This document shows, piece by piece, positions 11,990 through 24,851 of a stretch of DNA of 64,000 bases. The position numbers and the translations under genes are program-made. Every line of letters starts with the position of its first letter. The first letter of the stretch is position 1. Under the pieces are notes generated by a model, which saw only the letters and a program-made list of their open reading frames with translations, searched no databases and was not told the DNA's origin. Source of the DNA: Utricularia gibba (Eukaryota > Plantae > Magnoliophyta); contig NEEC01000018.1 of assembly GCA_002189035.1 (NCBI GenBank), positions 558,001-622,000 on the forward strand, written 5' to 3'.

Positions 11990-14810
11990 CCCTCAAGTGA
12001 GTGAGTGCTAGTTGTGAACATTGAGGTCGCCCATCAGGTGGCCCGAATACTTTAGTGAGGAGGTCTGTTGATTGCTCATGAGATACAATATGATAAGGTC
12101 ACACAAACCCAACTTTGATGCCATCACGAATGAAATGACTATCAACTTCAATATGCTTAGTATACTCATCAAAGGCATTAGTAACATCCATTTAATGTAT
12201 AATCCAATTTCAACTTACCGTTATGGTTAGCAAGAGTCGGATGGTCACATCTTGGCTACTAGAGCAAAGGTTTCATGATAATGGATACCTTAAACTTAAG
12301 TGTTACCCATGACAATGAATCGTGCCTTGTATTGTTCAATACTACCATCATATTTGTACTTAACACTCACTTGCTTCGAAGAGCATGCTTGCTTGTAGGC
12401 TTGAGCCACATTTAGCACTAAAATAACTATCAAAGTAGACTCTTATGTTCACACCATCAAAGTGTTCACAATAAGAAGTAGACTCCTTGATGCTACCAAC
12501 TGTGCTGGCGAAATCCTAACACTCAACACTAAAACAACTGTTGGAGAGAATGCAATCTAAAGGATAACAGCAAGAGGGAGTGTTAGAAGCAGGAAGAGGA
12601 GTTGCAAATGTCTTATGAAATATAAAATCATGTAGTAGTTGGAGGCCACCGAGAGTGATTGGTGCATCACTTGCAGAGCTTTCATCGATGGTAATTAGAG
12701 CAATAGGTCCTTGAAAAATCTCTTGTGATTCAAAAGCAGCTGATGTGTCAATAGGTCCATTAGAGCTCAAAGCAAATCCTAAAGATGGTGAGGGGCCAAC
12801 TTGGGTTGAATAGGAGGTCGATTGGCCCATAGACTCCATCACTTGCTCTAGTCTAGTAGGTTTGTCTGTGATCATATGAAGGGTATTGTTGGGATTCAAA
12901 CAAGACAGCTCAATGATTGCCTCACCCCCCCTATCTAAAAATCAAGAGTGAGATGGGAAAGAGAATTCATCTAAAATAGTATAAGAATCTCCAACTTTTA
13001 ACCCCAATAGGATAGCCCGGAAAGACACATTTGTGACTATGAGTACTAAATTTGTTCGAGTCTTTGGGCACATGGGAAACATATGCAAGGCACCTAAAAA
13101 CCTCCAAATGGGTCAGAGTAGGAGGCCGACCATAAAATATTTCAAATTGGCTACGACCCCAAAGTAATAAAGGTGGAGTGCGATTGATGAAATAAACTGT
13201 AGTAATGACACATTTTCTTCTCAAAAGCCTAGGTAAACAGGCTTGAAACTACAAGTCCTGAGCCACATTTAAAATGTGTCAGTGTTTTCACTCCATATGC
13301 CTATTTTGCTATGGGGTAACCAACATTAAAATGTTCTCCAATGATACCGTTATCTTAGAAATAGATGCTCAAAGCATGGAATTCAGTCCCATTATTAGTT
13401 TGAAAAACTTTGATGGTATGATAAAATTTGGTAGAAATCATAGCACAAAGCCGAGTGAGAATAAGATGAATCTCGATTTCCTCCACTAATAGATAAACAA
13501 AAACAGCTAGGAATGATCTTCAATTAACGTAAGAAAATACTTGGTCCTATACCATGTGGGTGTGCAATAAGGATATCATATATTACAATGAACTAAATCA
13601 AATAAGGCACTTGCATGACCCCATAAACACATTCAACTAGCTCAACAATCCCAATCATTGCGTTTAAGACCCAATCTTGAATAATACAAATAGGTCTACA
13701 TAGAGAGATAATATAGTGTTGATCATGCAAAAACCAATATAGAATAATCAAGTTGCAATTTAAATTGGGCAAGTAAAACACATTATGTAGTATAAAAACA
13801 ATAGTCACTGTTCCAAATGTGGTTGAGACCTCTCAAGAAACTTTGGGAACAATGATCGCGAAAGAATGAGTATTGCAAAAATGGGTTGATAGATCAGGTC
13901 GACAAGTCGTAATCAGATGTTGCACTATCTAAATTCAGGGATGTGCCGAAAAACACACCTGATAGTTTTTTTTGAATCATCCTCCTAAGACATAAGTTTT
14001 TACAATTTTTTCCATTGAGAGTCATTATGGAGGGCACCTGCTTCCTATCGTCATTAGTTAAAGAAATAAGAGTAGTGGGTGAAATATGTTCACTTTCTCT
14101 GGTTGCATTTGCTTGCACAAGGGTGTATCTGATTGCAGAAGTGTCAAAATGCAATGAACGACTGTCGGTGCAATGTGTTGCCAGGGCCATGGCATCACCT
14201 CTTAGCTTATCATGTTATTTAAAATATTGATGTTGCTCTTCCAAGATTTGGGAGCACAATATCGCAAATATCATATTATTGAGCCCCATAAGGAACTGTT
14301 GAATCTTCTCCTATTCTATTTTTTGATTGAGGGCACAACTTATATTACACTTGCAACCTGCAAAAGTACAGGATGGGAGGCCATCAAGGACATACTCATC
14401 CTAAAGTTTCTTCATGCAACCAAAGTATTGCACTAGATTTTCTCCACTTTGATGACAATTTACAAGTGCATGTTTGATTTTGTGGAGGCATGGTCCATTA
14501 ATGATGCAGAGTCTTTTTTCCAAATCATCCAATAACAATTGAGAAGATGTGTTACTATCAATGCTGAATAAAGATCTGGCTCTATGGTATGGAGAATCCA
14601 TGAAACTATAATGGAGTTTAATTGTTCCCAATCCTCCACTAATTGAGTAGCATGAGGTACAAAGATGGATCGATCCACAAACCGAAATTTTTTTCCTTGC
14701 TCATAGCGCCGCGCAAATTGCTTGAGTCCATTCGTCATAGTTGTCCCTGTGTAATTTGATGGTGGTCAAAAGATTTCTAAGATGATCTCCTGGAAAAAGA
14801 GTAAACAAAT
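11990..14810 (-). pseudogene. Copia gag-integrase-RT remnants
   Basis: gag PGDHL..IKL..DNYDEW and WEQLNSIIVSWILHTI (about 14460-14810). LHNVFYLPNLNCNLI (13593-13808). Integrase C-terminus KCVFPGYPIGVKSWR (12967-13224). RT start at about 12000-12480 is truncated. Many stops. Confidence 0.85.
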
Positions 14811-14824
14811 TTGAAGAATGACTT

Positions 14825-16179
14825 TGATAACCAAAAATTTCTTGAAATCATTGCAAGAAATGAAATTTTCATACCAAATAAATTTATAAGCTCTACTATT
14901 CACAAAATAATTTTAGTTTTAGTCTAAGGTCGAACTAACAGTAACTGAAAAACTCATTTAGTAGGATCAAGTTGCAAAGCATAAAATAACAAGTGTTGGT
15001 TCTAAGTACGGGATAATAGTAAAATGCCTTAAGGATGTGCAAGTAATGTGATACTAAGGTCTCTAATTTAATATATAAAGTTTCTATACTCATAATTACA
15101 AACAACTTAAGTTTACCTAGGTCATTCATCATGTGTTCGGTTAAGATAGTCTACAATATTATCACCAACTTTGCAATTAAGTTAGTCTACAATATTATCA
15201 CCAACTTTGCAATTAAGTTTACCTGCATGCAAAGTATATAGAATTAGGTGTACCTAGTTCTACTGGTTCTATACTAGACTAATACCTACTATTTTTCACA
15301 TTGATTTGTTGGTCTAAATCTAAATCAAGCATATGAGTTATGAAGCTACTTGTTCCCCTCCTTAGGTTTACCCAAGGAATGATAGAAATGAATGGTAAGA
15401 AACAATGATCAATTGACTAATAAACCCTAGTTCCTCATCACCATTCTACATCTTAAGACATCCCTTAGGTTACTCATGAATGAAAAATAAAGTAAGATTT
15501 CATAGTCATGAACTGAAAAAAATATCCCAAATATCATCAAACAAACAGCCAATGAAAGTAAGTTTCAGCAAACTAAGTAAATAAAGTGTTATGTTTCCCT
15601 CTACTACTATTCACATCGTGAAACAATAACGCTGAATTAGGTTTTGGTAGTGTTCTTGAGGATGGGAGTTCTCTTCACGAATATCTCATTCTTCTTCCTT
15701 TCTAATCGGTGTTCATGTTATTGGAGGAGCCCCTTCGTCACCGTTGAAGCTCTCCCCGCTCTCTTTACGATTCTCTCTCCTTCAAAATTATCTTCTCCTC
15801 TCTCATTTCTCAAGGCAAGTACGATCTCTAACAACACTAATGTTTCTACCCATGACTTGCAAATTGGCGCTACGACAGTGCACTCATTGTTCCTTCCTTC
15901 ATGTTACTTTTTCCTCTACAACCTAATACTTGCATGAAATCCATATTGCCTACCCTAAATTCAACCTAATACAACCTAATACTTTTGGATGTACTGCTAG
16001 ATTCAAAAGAGGGTTAATCACATGAGATGGGCTAAATCCTTCAATTTAGCCCATTTGCACCCAAAATTTATATGTTTCCTAAGTTCTGGGAAAACATTTG
16101 AAACTATAAACTAAACAACTAAAACATAATAAAACTCATAATTTTCTTATCGTAAAACAGAAAAATTTGTGTGCTATCA
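14825..16179. mobile_element. Solo LTR (1355 bp, gypsy-like) inserted in the Copia leader/gag start
   Basis: Termini TGATA...TATCA form a perfect 5-bp inverted repeat. Flanks GACTT (14820-14824) and GACCT (16180-16184) match 4/5 as a TSD. Non-coding. Its start resembles the LTR starting at 56724. Confidence 0.75.
15147..15218. repeat. Perfect 36-bp tandem duplication
   Basis: TAGTCTACAATATTATCACCAACTTTGCAATTAAGT at 15147-15182 and 15183-15218. Confidence 0.95.
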
Positions 16180-16338
16180 GACCTTAAATCCCTGAATGCT
16201 AAGAGGCAAAATTCTGTAATTGAAGTGCTTGAAAAGTTTTCTCAAAGTTATCGGTAAATACCTTTTATCGCGGCTTCGGCTGCCACTGGTAGCAAAGTAG
16301 AATCACTTCCATCCATCACAAGGAAGGCTTTGATACCA

Positions 16339-16550
16339 TGATAAGGTCTCAACGAAGAAAAAAATGAACAAGAATTATGCATCCGAAAGAAAGTCTCCCA
16401 CATACAATCGAAAAGACCCACATTTAAGAAGGGAAAAACAATTGATTTTACTAACTTTACTTAAGTATGAAAATGTGTAGATTGTCTTAATCCTTCCATA
16501 GCTGCATCCGTTGAATCTGTTGATTGCATCCATGTTGATTGCAGCCAATA
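16339..16550 (-). repeat. 5' LTR of the 7517-16550 Copia (212 bp)
   Basis: Abuts the PBS, aligns to 7517-7684 plus 11937-11986, and is followed by the TSD GAGAG. Confidence 0.88.
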
Positions 16551-16739
16551 GAGAGGCATGTTGTGTCAAGTGCGATTGCTTGTGTTATGATTGGATACTT
16601 AGATTAGGGAAACTTGATGTTTTACTTAATTCAGCAGCATTCTCACCCTCGATCTAGAGGGAAATGCAAAGGCTCATTGAATGATAAGATTCCTAGATAG
16701 GTGGATTATATAGTTTGATATTAGATGTTGATACAACAA

Positions 16740-16890
16740 TAATAGAAAATTTTCAATTGAGTAAGAATGCTTTTGAGAAATCATGTGGTTTGTTGGAAGC
16801 ACATTTAGGTTTAAAGCCAAGGATGTCTATTGGGGTGCATAAGATGATAACCATGTTTGTAGATATTTTGAATCATTACAAAAAATGATG
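16740..16890 (+). pseudogene. PIF/Harbinger transposase N-terminal fragment
   Basis: Translation FQLSKNAFEKSCGLLEAHLGLKPRMSIGVHKMITMFVDILNHY resembles the FRMS..F..LC..L...GL....VSVEE.VAMFL..LGH motif of plant PIF transposases. Confidence 0.6.
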
Positions 16891-19800
16891 TATGTGGTGC
16901 TTTCCTCCATGATATTCTTTTGGAGAAATGAGTGATCATGGTTGGGCAAATACTAGCAGTTTGACATACTTATCTTATTATGCCAATATTAGTGTTGCTT
17001 AACACACACATCTTGTTAGTTTGACTTCAGATTTTCCCAAGTACCACACATTCTGCTTAACATGATTATCTTCTTATGTGAATATTAGTGTTTTGTTTTT
17101 TAACATGCCATGATATCATTATTTATATGAGAAATTGCGTTCGAGCTATTGATGATACTTAAACTGATATAAAAATAAGGAAAAATGACAGACCAAGTTA
17201 TAGAAACCATAAGGTTGTGTTATCCACAAATGTTTCACGATTGTGTAATGAGATCATAAAATTCATCTACATCCTGCATGGCTGAAAGAGCTCCATTGCA
17301 AATAACAGAATTCTTCATGATACATTCAATAGGTAAGGTGGCTTTTGCGGTACACGAAGGTATATGACATGAGAGTTATTTTTTTTTTCATTTGTGATAC
17401 CATAATTTATAACACGTAGTTGTCAAAATGTCATCTCTCTACCGGTTCGTATTACTTACATGACGATGGAATACTAACAATGAAGGACTAGCACCATATA
17501 AGAATTTCATTATCATTTGTAAGAATGAGGACATGGAACTCAAGCATCTCAAAATGTGGAGGAGTATTTTAACATACATCATGCTTCAATTAGAAATTTA
17601 GTCAAAAGAGCTTAGGATTTAATGAATGAGATGGGGCATATTGTGGACTATATATTTCCATCCAATAAGAACTGAGAATCATATAATGTTGACAGGCGAT
17701 TTGCTTCATAACTTCATTTGAAAAGAGATGATTGTTGATCCCATAGAAGAGCACATGTTTCTTGACTAAAGGCCGAGGACAATACATTAGGAGTTGCAAC
17801 TAATTAGGAGTGATTGTGACCCTTCTAAATTCATTTCATCAATAAAATAAGAAGTTGCTATGTTACTCCCACATAATGGGTTTCCCTCTCAACTTTCTCC
17901 TTCAATATATGGTGGTCAACTGTCATCTAATATTGAATATTCATCGCATTCAGCACTAGAATATATCAGGTTCGAACAATTGAATGTCTTAGTTAGCATT
18001 ATATCCTGTTTTGAATTATGATCTATGATAGTTTTTTTATTCTGTTATTATTAAAAAAATGAATCATTTTTAAAAATATATTTCTAGAAAAAACATATAA
18101 AAAATTATATGAAAAACATGTTTTATATGTCAATATGTGTATCTTTGTTATATTGTTTTACATTACCAGTTGGGTGATGAGATTAAAATCCTCACAATAT
18201 GGTTGTGGTAATCTTTCAATTAACTCCACAAATATGTCATATTCATAGCTGTATGAGAATGGATTGAAAACATATTAAAGTCATATTATGTTGTAATTTT
18301 TAGTGTGCAGGTGGGAAATTCATATTCTAAAAGATTAGGATAGCAGCATTTGACAACTTCTTTCAGAAACGATAAAAAAGTTCACTTCCGAAGCTTTTGA
18401 TAAAAACAGGTGGTTGATCATAGACTTGACACACATTGAGCTACTAAAAATATTACCTCCATAAAATATTTTCACAACTAAAATTTGATTCATTTGAGTG
18501 TATCTTCACATTATGCCATAGAGTGTGCAAGGTGTGACTATAGAATGTGTAGGTTATCATTCTAGGTTTGGGTGGCTGCAATGTGTATGAGGTATAAGTA
18601 TTGTTGAGTGTTATCGATTACTGTAAAGTATATTATTCTTCTAAGCATTGTTGAATGTGAATGAGTGTGGTTATGTGTTGCGGAGCATAATCAAATATGA
18701 TTAAAAAAAAAACATTTTGCTGCTTAAAGGAATATGTGAATAAATATAGGAAAATAAGTTACATATCTAGGAAAAAAATTAAAATAAGTTGAAGTTTATA
18801 TGTTATTAAATAACATAAAAAATTAAAGTAACCTAGGATTTATGTTATTCAAAAAGTTAAAAATTAATAAGTTATTCATTTTTTAAATATGAAAAATATA
18901 TCGAATTAGCAAATATTATCCTCCGGGTGCTTTCCTTGTATTTCAGCAAATATTGATATGCATCTTAACGCATCTAGATGTAAAATAATATTCAATTTTA
19001 ATCAACCACAACGCCATGAATTAGAAGACACCAACTCGGACCACATACACTTAAAACAAAGTAACACGTGGACACAAGCTTCTTTAGGTTTCAAACCACA
19101 ACGGTAATCAAAGGGGAAACACCATATGCGAAATAAACTCAACCATAATGCAGCAAGAAGGAAGACATTGGAGGAAGCACATGCTCAAACAAATCTGAGT
19201 ATCGATGCCAGCTCTTGCAGGTTTTCCCCAATAGTTTAGTCTGGTTCCATATTTTAAATCAAACTTTTTATAGTGATCTAGTGTGCGACCAAAAGTAATT
19301 TACCCGATTCATCCAAAATGACCACTGTAAAATATTTAGACCACATTCTTCATAATTAATTTTGATTTAACCATAATTATTAAGAGTGTTGCATTAACAC
19401 TAAAACAACTTCGCAAACAGCATTGCTTTTCACCCGTGAATTTATAGCAGCATCTATTCAACTATATAATTTATTAACAGAGACTAATGGTGTATCGACA
19501 ATTGATTTTACAAATTTCATATATTAATATCATCAGCCTTCCTCACTCAAGGGAGGTGATCAGTGTATGAAAGTAAGTAATATTAATTTAATATTTTTTT
19601 TCTAAAAATATTATTCCATTCATCGACTATTGAGGTTGTTGATAGCTATAAGTAATATGTACATTTTTCATTGCATTATTTTTGGGTATTTTCAACATAC
19701 AATATTGGCATCTAGTAGTAATATTTATATTTTTTCTGTGTTATTTCGAGAAACTTATAATCTGTCTTATAAATATCTAATAGTAATATATTTATTCTTT

Positions 19801-20319
19801 ATTACATTATTTTCAAATACCTACAAACCATATTGTTGACGTCTAGAAGTAATATATATATTTTTTATTGCGTTAGTTTTAGACTTATATAATACATGTT
19901 TTTGGTATGTGGTAGCGATTTCTAGGTATCTAAGATCCATCTTGTTGGTATCTATAAGAAAAGGGTATATTTTTTAAATTTGTTTTTTTTTCTTTTTTGC
20001 ATGTATATTTCTAACAAGTATTTGAAACAACTTCCTTATACTAATTCATTTATAGTATTTTTATTTTGAAAAATAGTGAAGTAAAATTTTAATAATTTGG
20101 AATACATTTGTATCAATAGTATTTGAGAGAAAAATAATAATAAAGCTGATAGCATCCAACCACCCTTCAAGTTGTAGCTATGATGGTAGTTTTGTACAAT
20201 TTTTGTTCACTTCCAACATGAGTGCAGCTGTTATTTATAGACAGTATTGCACCCATTTAATTGTGCGATTTTGAACATAATAAACTGCTGGATTTTGTTT
20301 AAAAATTCTAATAAAAAAA

Positions 20320-20830
20320 CCTTATTTCCAGTTATTGATTATCATCGTTGTAGATGCATGGAAGTAACATGCTAAAATTCCAATTACCGACAACGCTCAT
20401 TGTAGATACATGGAAATAACATGCAAAAAACAAACATTACTTCCATTCATCAATAATGCAGTTTGTGGATTTCTAAAAATAACTTAATGAAAAATATACA
20501 ACTTATTTTAAACTACTTATAATGTTGGTTGTAGATGTCTGAAAATATTGTGATACAAAATTATAGACATTACTTCCAAGTATCAACAATGTGGATTTTA
20601 GACATCTAAAAATAATAGGATGAAAAAAAAACATATTACTTATAGACACTCACAACGGTAATTATTGGAACCTAGAAAATAATATGATAAATACATACAT
20701 ATATATGCATATAGTATCATATTTTACTTTTAAATATCAACAATGTGCATTATAGTTATTTAGAAATAATACATAAAAAATATACATGTTACTTCCATAC
20801 ATTGACAACCGGATTGTAGGTGTCTAGAAG
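20320..20830. repeat. Degenerate tandem repeats of about 66 bp, likely DNA-transposon subterminal
   Basis: Recurring ATTACTTCC / CAACAATG / TTGTAGA..TCTA.AAAATAA motifs, e.g. ATTACTT at about 20436, 20569 and 20635. Origin is inference. Confidence 0.55.
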
Positions 20831-23800
20831 CTGATTATCTACTCTAAATACCTGATGTCGTTAGTCATAGGTTAATCGTGATAGTTAACGATGTCAAATT
20901 TTGACAACAAAACTTTTGTCATTATACTTGACCTATTATAGAATTTTGGTTGAAATAGATGATATAATATGGTCAATATTTTAATTATCAAAGTATTTTG
21001 GTTAAAAGGGTGATAGCATACAAACTATTGTGATCAAAAGTTATAGTTACAAAGCATTATGAGGCACCTTACATAAAATGGGCCTTTGAAGAATATTTTG
21101 TCATTACCCATAAACATTTCGGTTTGATTAAAATGATGCTCTTAATTTGATTTTATTCCCCAAAATCATTTTTCGAGAAGTATTTTTAATAAAGTATAAA
21201 ATGGGGTTTTATCACAAATCAGAATTGTAATAAAAGTCATTAATTTTCAATAAAAAAATATTTCTATTGTGTTTCTTCAAAATCGAAAACCGTTTCAAAC
21301 AAAAAAGCCATTTTAATTCTCATTCTCATTTTATGAAAATTCGTTTTAATAATGCGTACGGAACATAATATTAATGTTTCAATTTAAATATTGTAGTAGT
21401 TTTTGTTTTAGCTACAATTTAAGCGTTTGTGTGTTTGGCATTAATTTTTTTCAGAGAAACAAAATTAAAATTTTTTATGCATATAATACATATAAACAAC
21501 TACAACTCTTACCCACCGATTATGATCCGTAGGCCCTGGTGCAAGGTTTCATGAAGTTGGGCCGCAATAAAATCGGCTTGTGCCCGGGAAGTGCAAGGTG
21601 AGATTTTTGACGAGGAATCCAATCGGATAGATGAAAATATTGCAAAAACGCTGACGAAAGTTTTGCTGAGTTCAAAAATATTAATCTTGTTGTAGGATGG
21701 CAGGACTGATTTCTTGCAACTGATTTTTGATAAGTTTTACAGGTTCAACTTGAGGGGAGGTATGCTAGGCTATGGATGACTTTATTGATATTAAGTTGTA
21801 ATAAAATCTTTTTTCCAAATACGAACTGAAATAGTGAAAAGCCCATGAAGAAATGTATGGATGAGATTGGAGGATAAGGTGGGTTTCAACGATGAAATTA
21901 CGGCATAATCTTCTAGTTGGATGCAGTATGCAATGACTTTGAGGAAATGATAATCTTATGATGAGTTTTTGAAGATATTATGGTTAGTCAGTAAAGTTGA
22001 TTATTTATCTTTTGCTGATTGTTATATTTAAAAACTGTTAGTATATTTTGATTGCTCATCTTACTTGTGAACATTTTGTTGATCTGCATTGATTGAAATC
22101 TACTGATATATAAAAAAAGTAAAATAAATTTTCTTTGATCTAGAGAAATATAGATCCCCCGATTTGGGGGTGTCTGGATAAACACATCATGTACTCCTTA
22201 TTTTCATTTTATGTAGCTTTACATATAGACAAACAAGTTGTTTAATCCAACATCTAAATTTTAATACAAAATCATCATCGTCAAATGTATGCATATGTAA
22301 TCTTGAAGTTCATGGGGATTGTAGTCTAGTCCGAATTCTCATATGTTGAAAGCTATGGTTGTGAGTGATATTAGACTAAACAAATTGTAATGCTCCTACC
22401 AATGGCTCCCAAGGCATAGGATTTTTCCAAAAAAAACTTGGATCATCGAAAGAAAGTCAGTCCAGAATATTAATCTATTTGGCAGCCTATTTTAATAGAT
22501 TTTAGTTTTGTAATTCGGTATTGGTCACTTTATGAAATTACACCCATATTTGATTGGTGAGTGTCTCAAACCCAATGTGTTTGGAAAATGGAGTGCAACA
22601 TCCATCTACATGGGTGTGTATGAACCCCACATGAGGATGGGTTTGACAATACAAAATTACGATTGAATAAACATTTTCTGAAGAGCAACCCATCTGATCG
22701 AGCATCATCAGCAAGATTTCATCAAGCATATTCATTTTCTTCCAAGTTTTCCTCCTTCATCAGTACATGTTGAAATGGATTTTCGGTTTCAAATTAAAGA
22801 AATTCCACTAAATAATGAAAGTAATTGTGTTTTAAATTAATATACATGGTATTAAAATAAAATCACAATTGTTTCCAAAATTTGTGCCAAATTTGTTTAT
22901 GTGATTAAATTGGGGATTAGATTACAAATTCATGGTTCAACTTTTATCTAATTTTGTTGTTTTATGTGATGTAATTTTATTTGTAGTATGATGGAATCGA
23001 TTTGTGGGGCCATGTGTTTTTTTCAATTGTGGTTGTAATTTTTGGAATAGACAATTCTTTACTTCAATTCTCTAGATTTTTTTTTTTGATGGGCTGTTTT
23101 AGATTGGTGTCCTCACAATATGTCAAATGATGATGAAGAAAGTGTGTGTTTATTGTTTGCAATGTAAATTGCTATTCAATGAATGTGTATCACTAAGGAG
23201 ACCAATGGTGCAATTTTCAAATCCTTGCATTACATATATTCATTTTTTAGTAGGATTTCCCTACAATTAACAAGGTTATCAGAATTTATTGTAAATGATA
23301 ACTTCACTATGTTTATAGGAGTTTGGGATGAGTATGCCTTTGTAAGATTACTCAAGTTTACGAACATCAAATTATGTAATGGTCCTAGAGATGGTTTCCA
23401 TTTTATTAGATGTATTAACAAATCATTGGAAGCAATATACTCAAAAAATAGTTATTCAAGCATTCTACATGGACAATTAATATGATTTTCAAAAAAGTGT
23501 TTGTTGCAGTCCTCATCTAGCCAATGATGATCCGGCCATTTTACCTTTGAAATACTTCTAGGTAACATTGTGGTGTTTCAATGCATCTATTTTCTATTTA
23601 TTAAGAAAGTTTGTAATTACAGAATGCCTTGAGGCTTTTGACAAAACATATGTGGATGTTCAAGTTAAGGTAGAGGCATAGGGGAGACACCACATAAAGA
23701 AATGCAAAAAAACCATAAATGTTTTTCAAGTCTTTACCCCAAACCTTCAGTTCATCTAAGTGTTGATCTAGTTGGAATGCTTTACATTTGATAGTTAGGT

Positions 23801-24243
23801 GCTCGAAAATGCACTCTTCAGGGTAGATGTGTTGAGGATACTAAAAGGTATAACTATGGACTATTTTTGCTATATTTTGATCCAAATATGTATATTGATG
23901 CATAGGTTATGACTATATATGTGATAATAAACATAACAAATTGTCAAAGCTTTTTGATGTCATACCATGGCATGAGATACGACTTGAAATTTGGCGAAGG
24001 CAACATAGCACCTCAATATCTGATAACACACATTTTGTTCCTATTTTTAGACTATAAAATTAAAATATGAAGTAGTAAAATTAGGTGTTTTGTTTATAAT
24101 TTTTCATCTTTCAATAATTTTATTACTATTTGGGTTTTTATGTCTAAAAATGATCCAAATCGATTATTTCATCCACGTTATGTTTTTAAATGTTTATATA
24201 AGTGGTGTTAGTAGTGTTATAGAACAAATCACGTATAATTTAT

Positions 24244-24773
24244 TGATGAGGGATAAAGTAGGCCAAGGTTAATCGGATTTTGAAAAGCTGCGAAAAGGGA
24301 TTCTGAGGGGATAATGCCAACCGACAGACCGATATCTGTCAGAAATCTGACAGGTATAACCATATGACATAGTCTGAAAAGCGGCCGAATTACGGCATAA
24401 CAGGCGGCCGATATCTAAAAAGCGAAATCGTATAGCAGATGCAGAAAGCAACCGACATTTGTAGATGTCAGGATTCGGTCAGATTGAGCCCTTCTATAAA
24501 TAGAAGGAACTATGACAAAAAGTGGGGGAAAGACAAAAAGGAGGATTCTTCAACTTGTATTCTCTTCTTCCTTCTCCGTCTAGTGAAAACCTTTTCCGGC
24601 GAGCTCCGGTAGCTCCGTGGTTTTTCCGCTTTCCGGCGGTTTCCACGTAAAAATCTTTGCTCATTTTTACTTCAATTGAACCAACCGTGAAAAATGCAAC
24701 TAAGTGCGACATTCCCAATCGCACCTGTCGCCTTAAATCGGCCTCCCACCGGATACCGATTTTACCCGTAACA
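24244..24773 (+). repeat. 5' LTR of the Tat element
   Basis: Direct repeat of 32443-32973. Contains a CTATAAATA TATA-like box at about 24493-24501. Confidence 0.95.
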
Positions 24774-24777
24774 TTTT

Positions 24778-24792
24778 TGGCGCCCACCGTGG
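24778..24792 (+). other. Primer-binding site complementary to the tRNA-Lys 3' end
   Basis: TGGCGCCCACCGTGG starts 4 nt after the 5' LTR and is complementary to the ...CCACGGTGGGCGCCA end of plant tRNA-Lys (established knowledge). Confidence 0.85.
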
Positions 24793-24851
24793 AGCCTCGT
24801 TCTACAACCCCACTTGAGAAACCCACAGGAGCCATTCGTTAACCACGGATC

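Larger units (their letters stand above)
7517..16550 (-). mobile_element. Old full-span Ty1/copia LTR retrotransposon, decayed, with nested insertions
   Basis: 5' LTR 16339-16550. 3' LTR is split into 7517-7684 and 11937-11986 (about 80% identical to the 5' LTR by eye over the first 50 bp). Perfect 5-bp TSD GAGAG at 7512-7516 and 16551-16555. Met-type PBS (TGGTATCAAAGC on -, 16327-16338). PPT TTGAGGGGAG on - next to 11987. gag, integrase and RT fragments lie between. Confidence 0.9.

Noticed and set aside
24494-24835. 113-aa antisense ORF in the 5' LTR, and ORF 32047-32649 at the 3' LTR
   Set aside because: They overlap LTR sequence, and the two LTR copies differ by frame-changing indels, so no conserved coding is evident.
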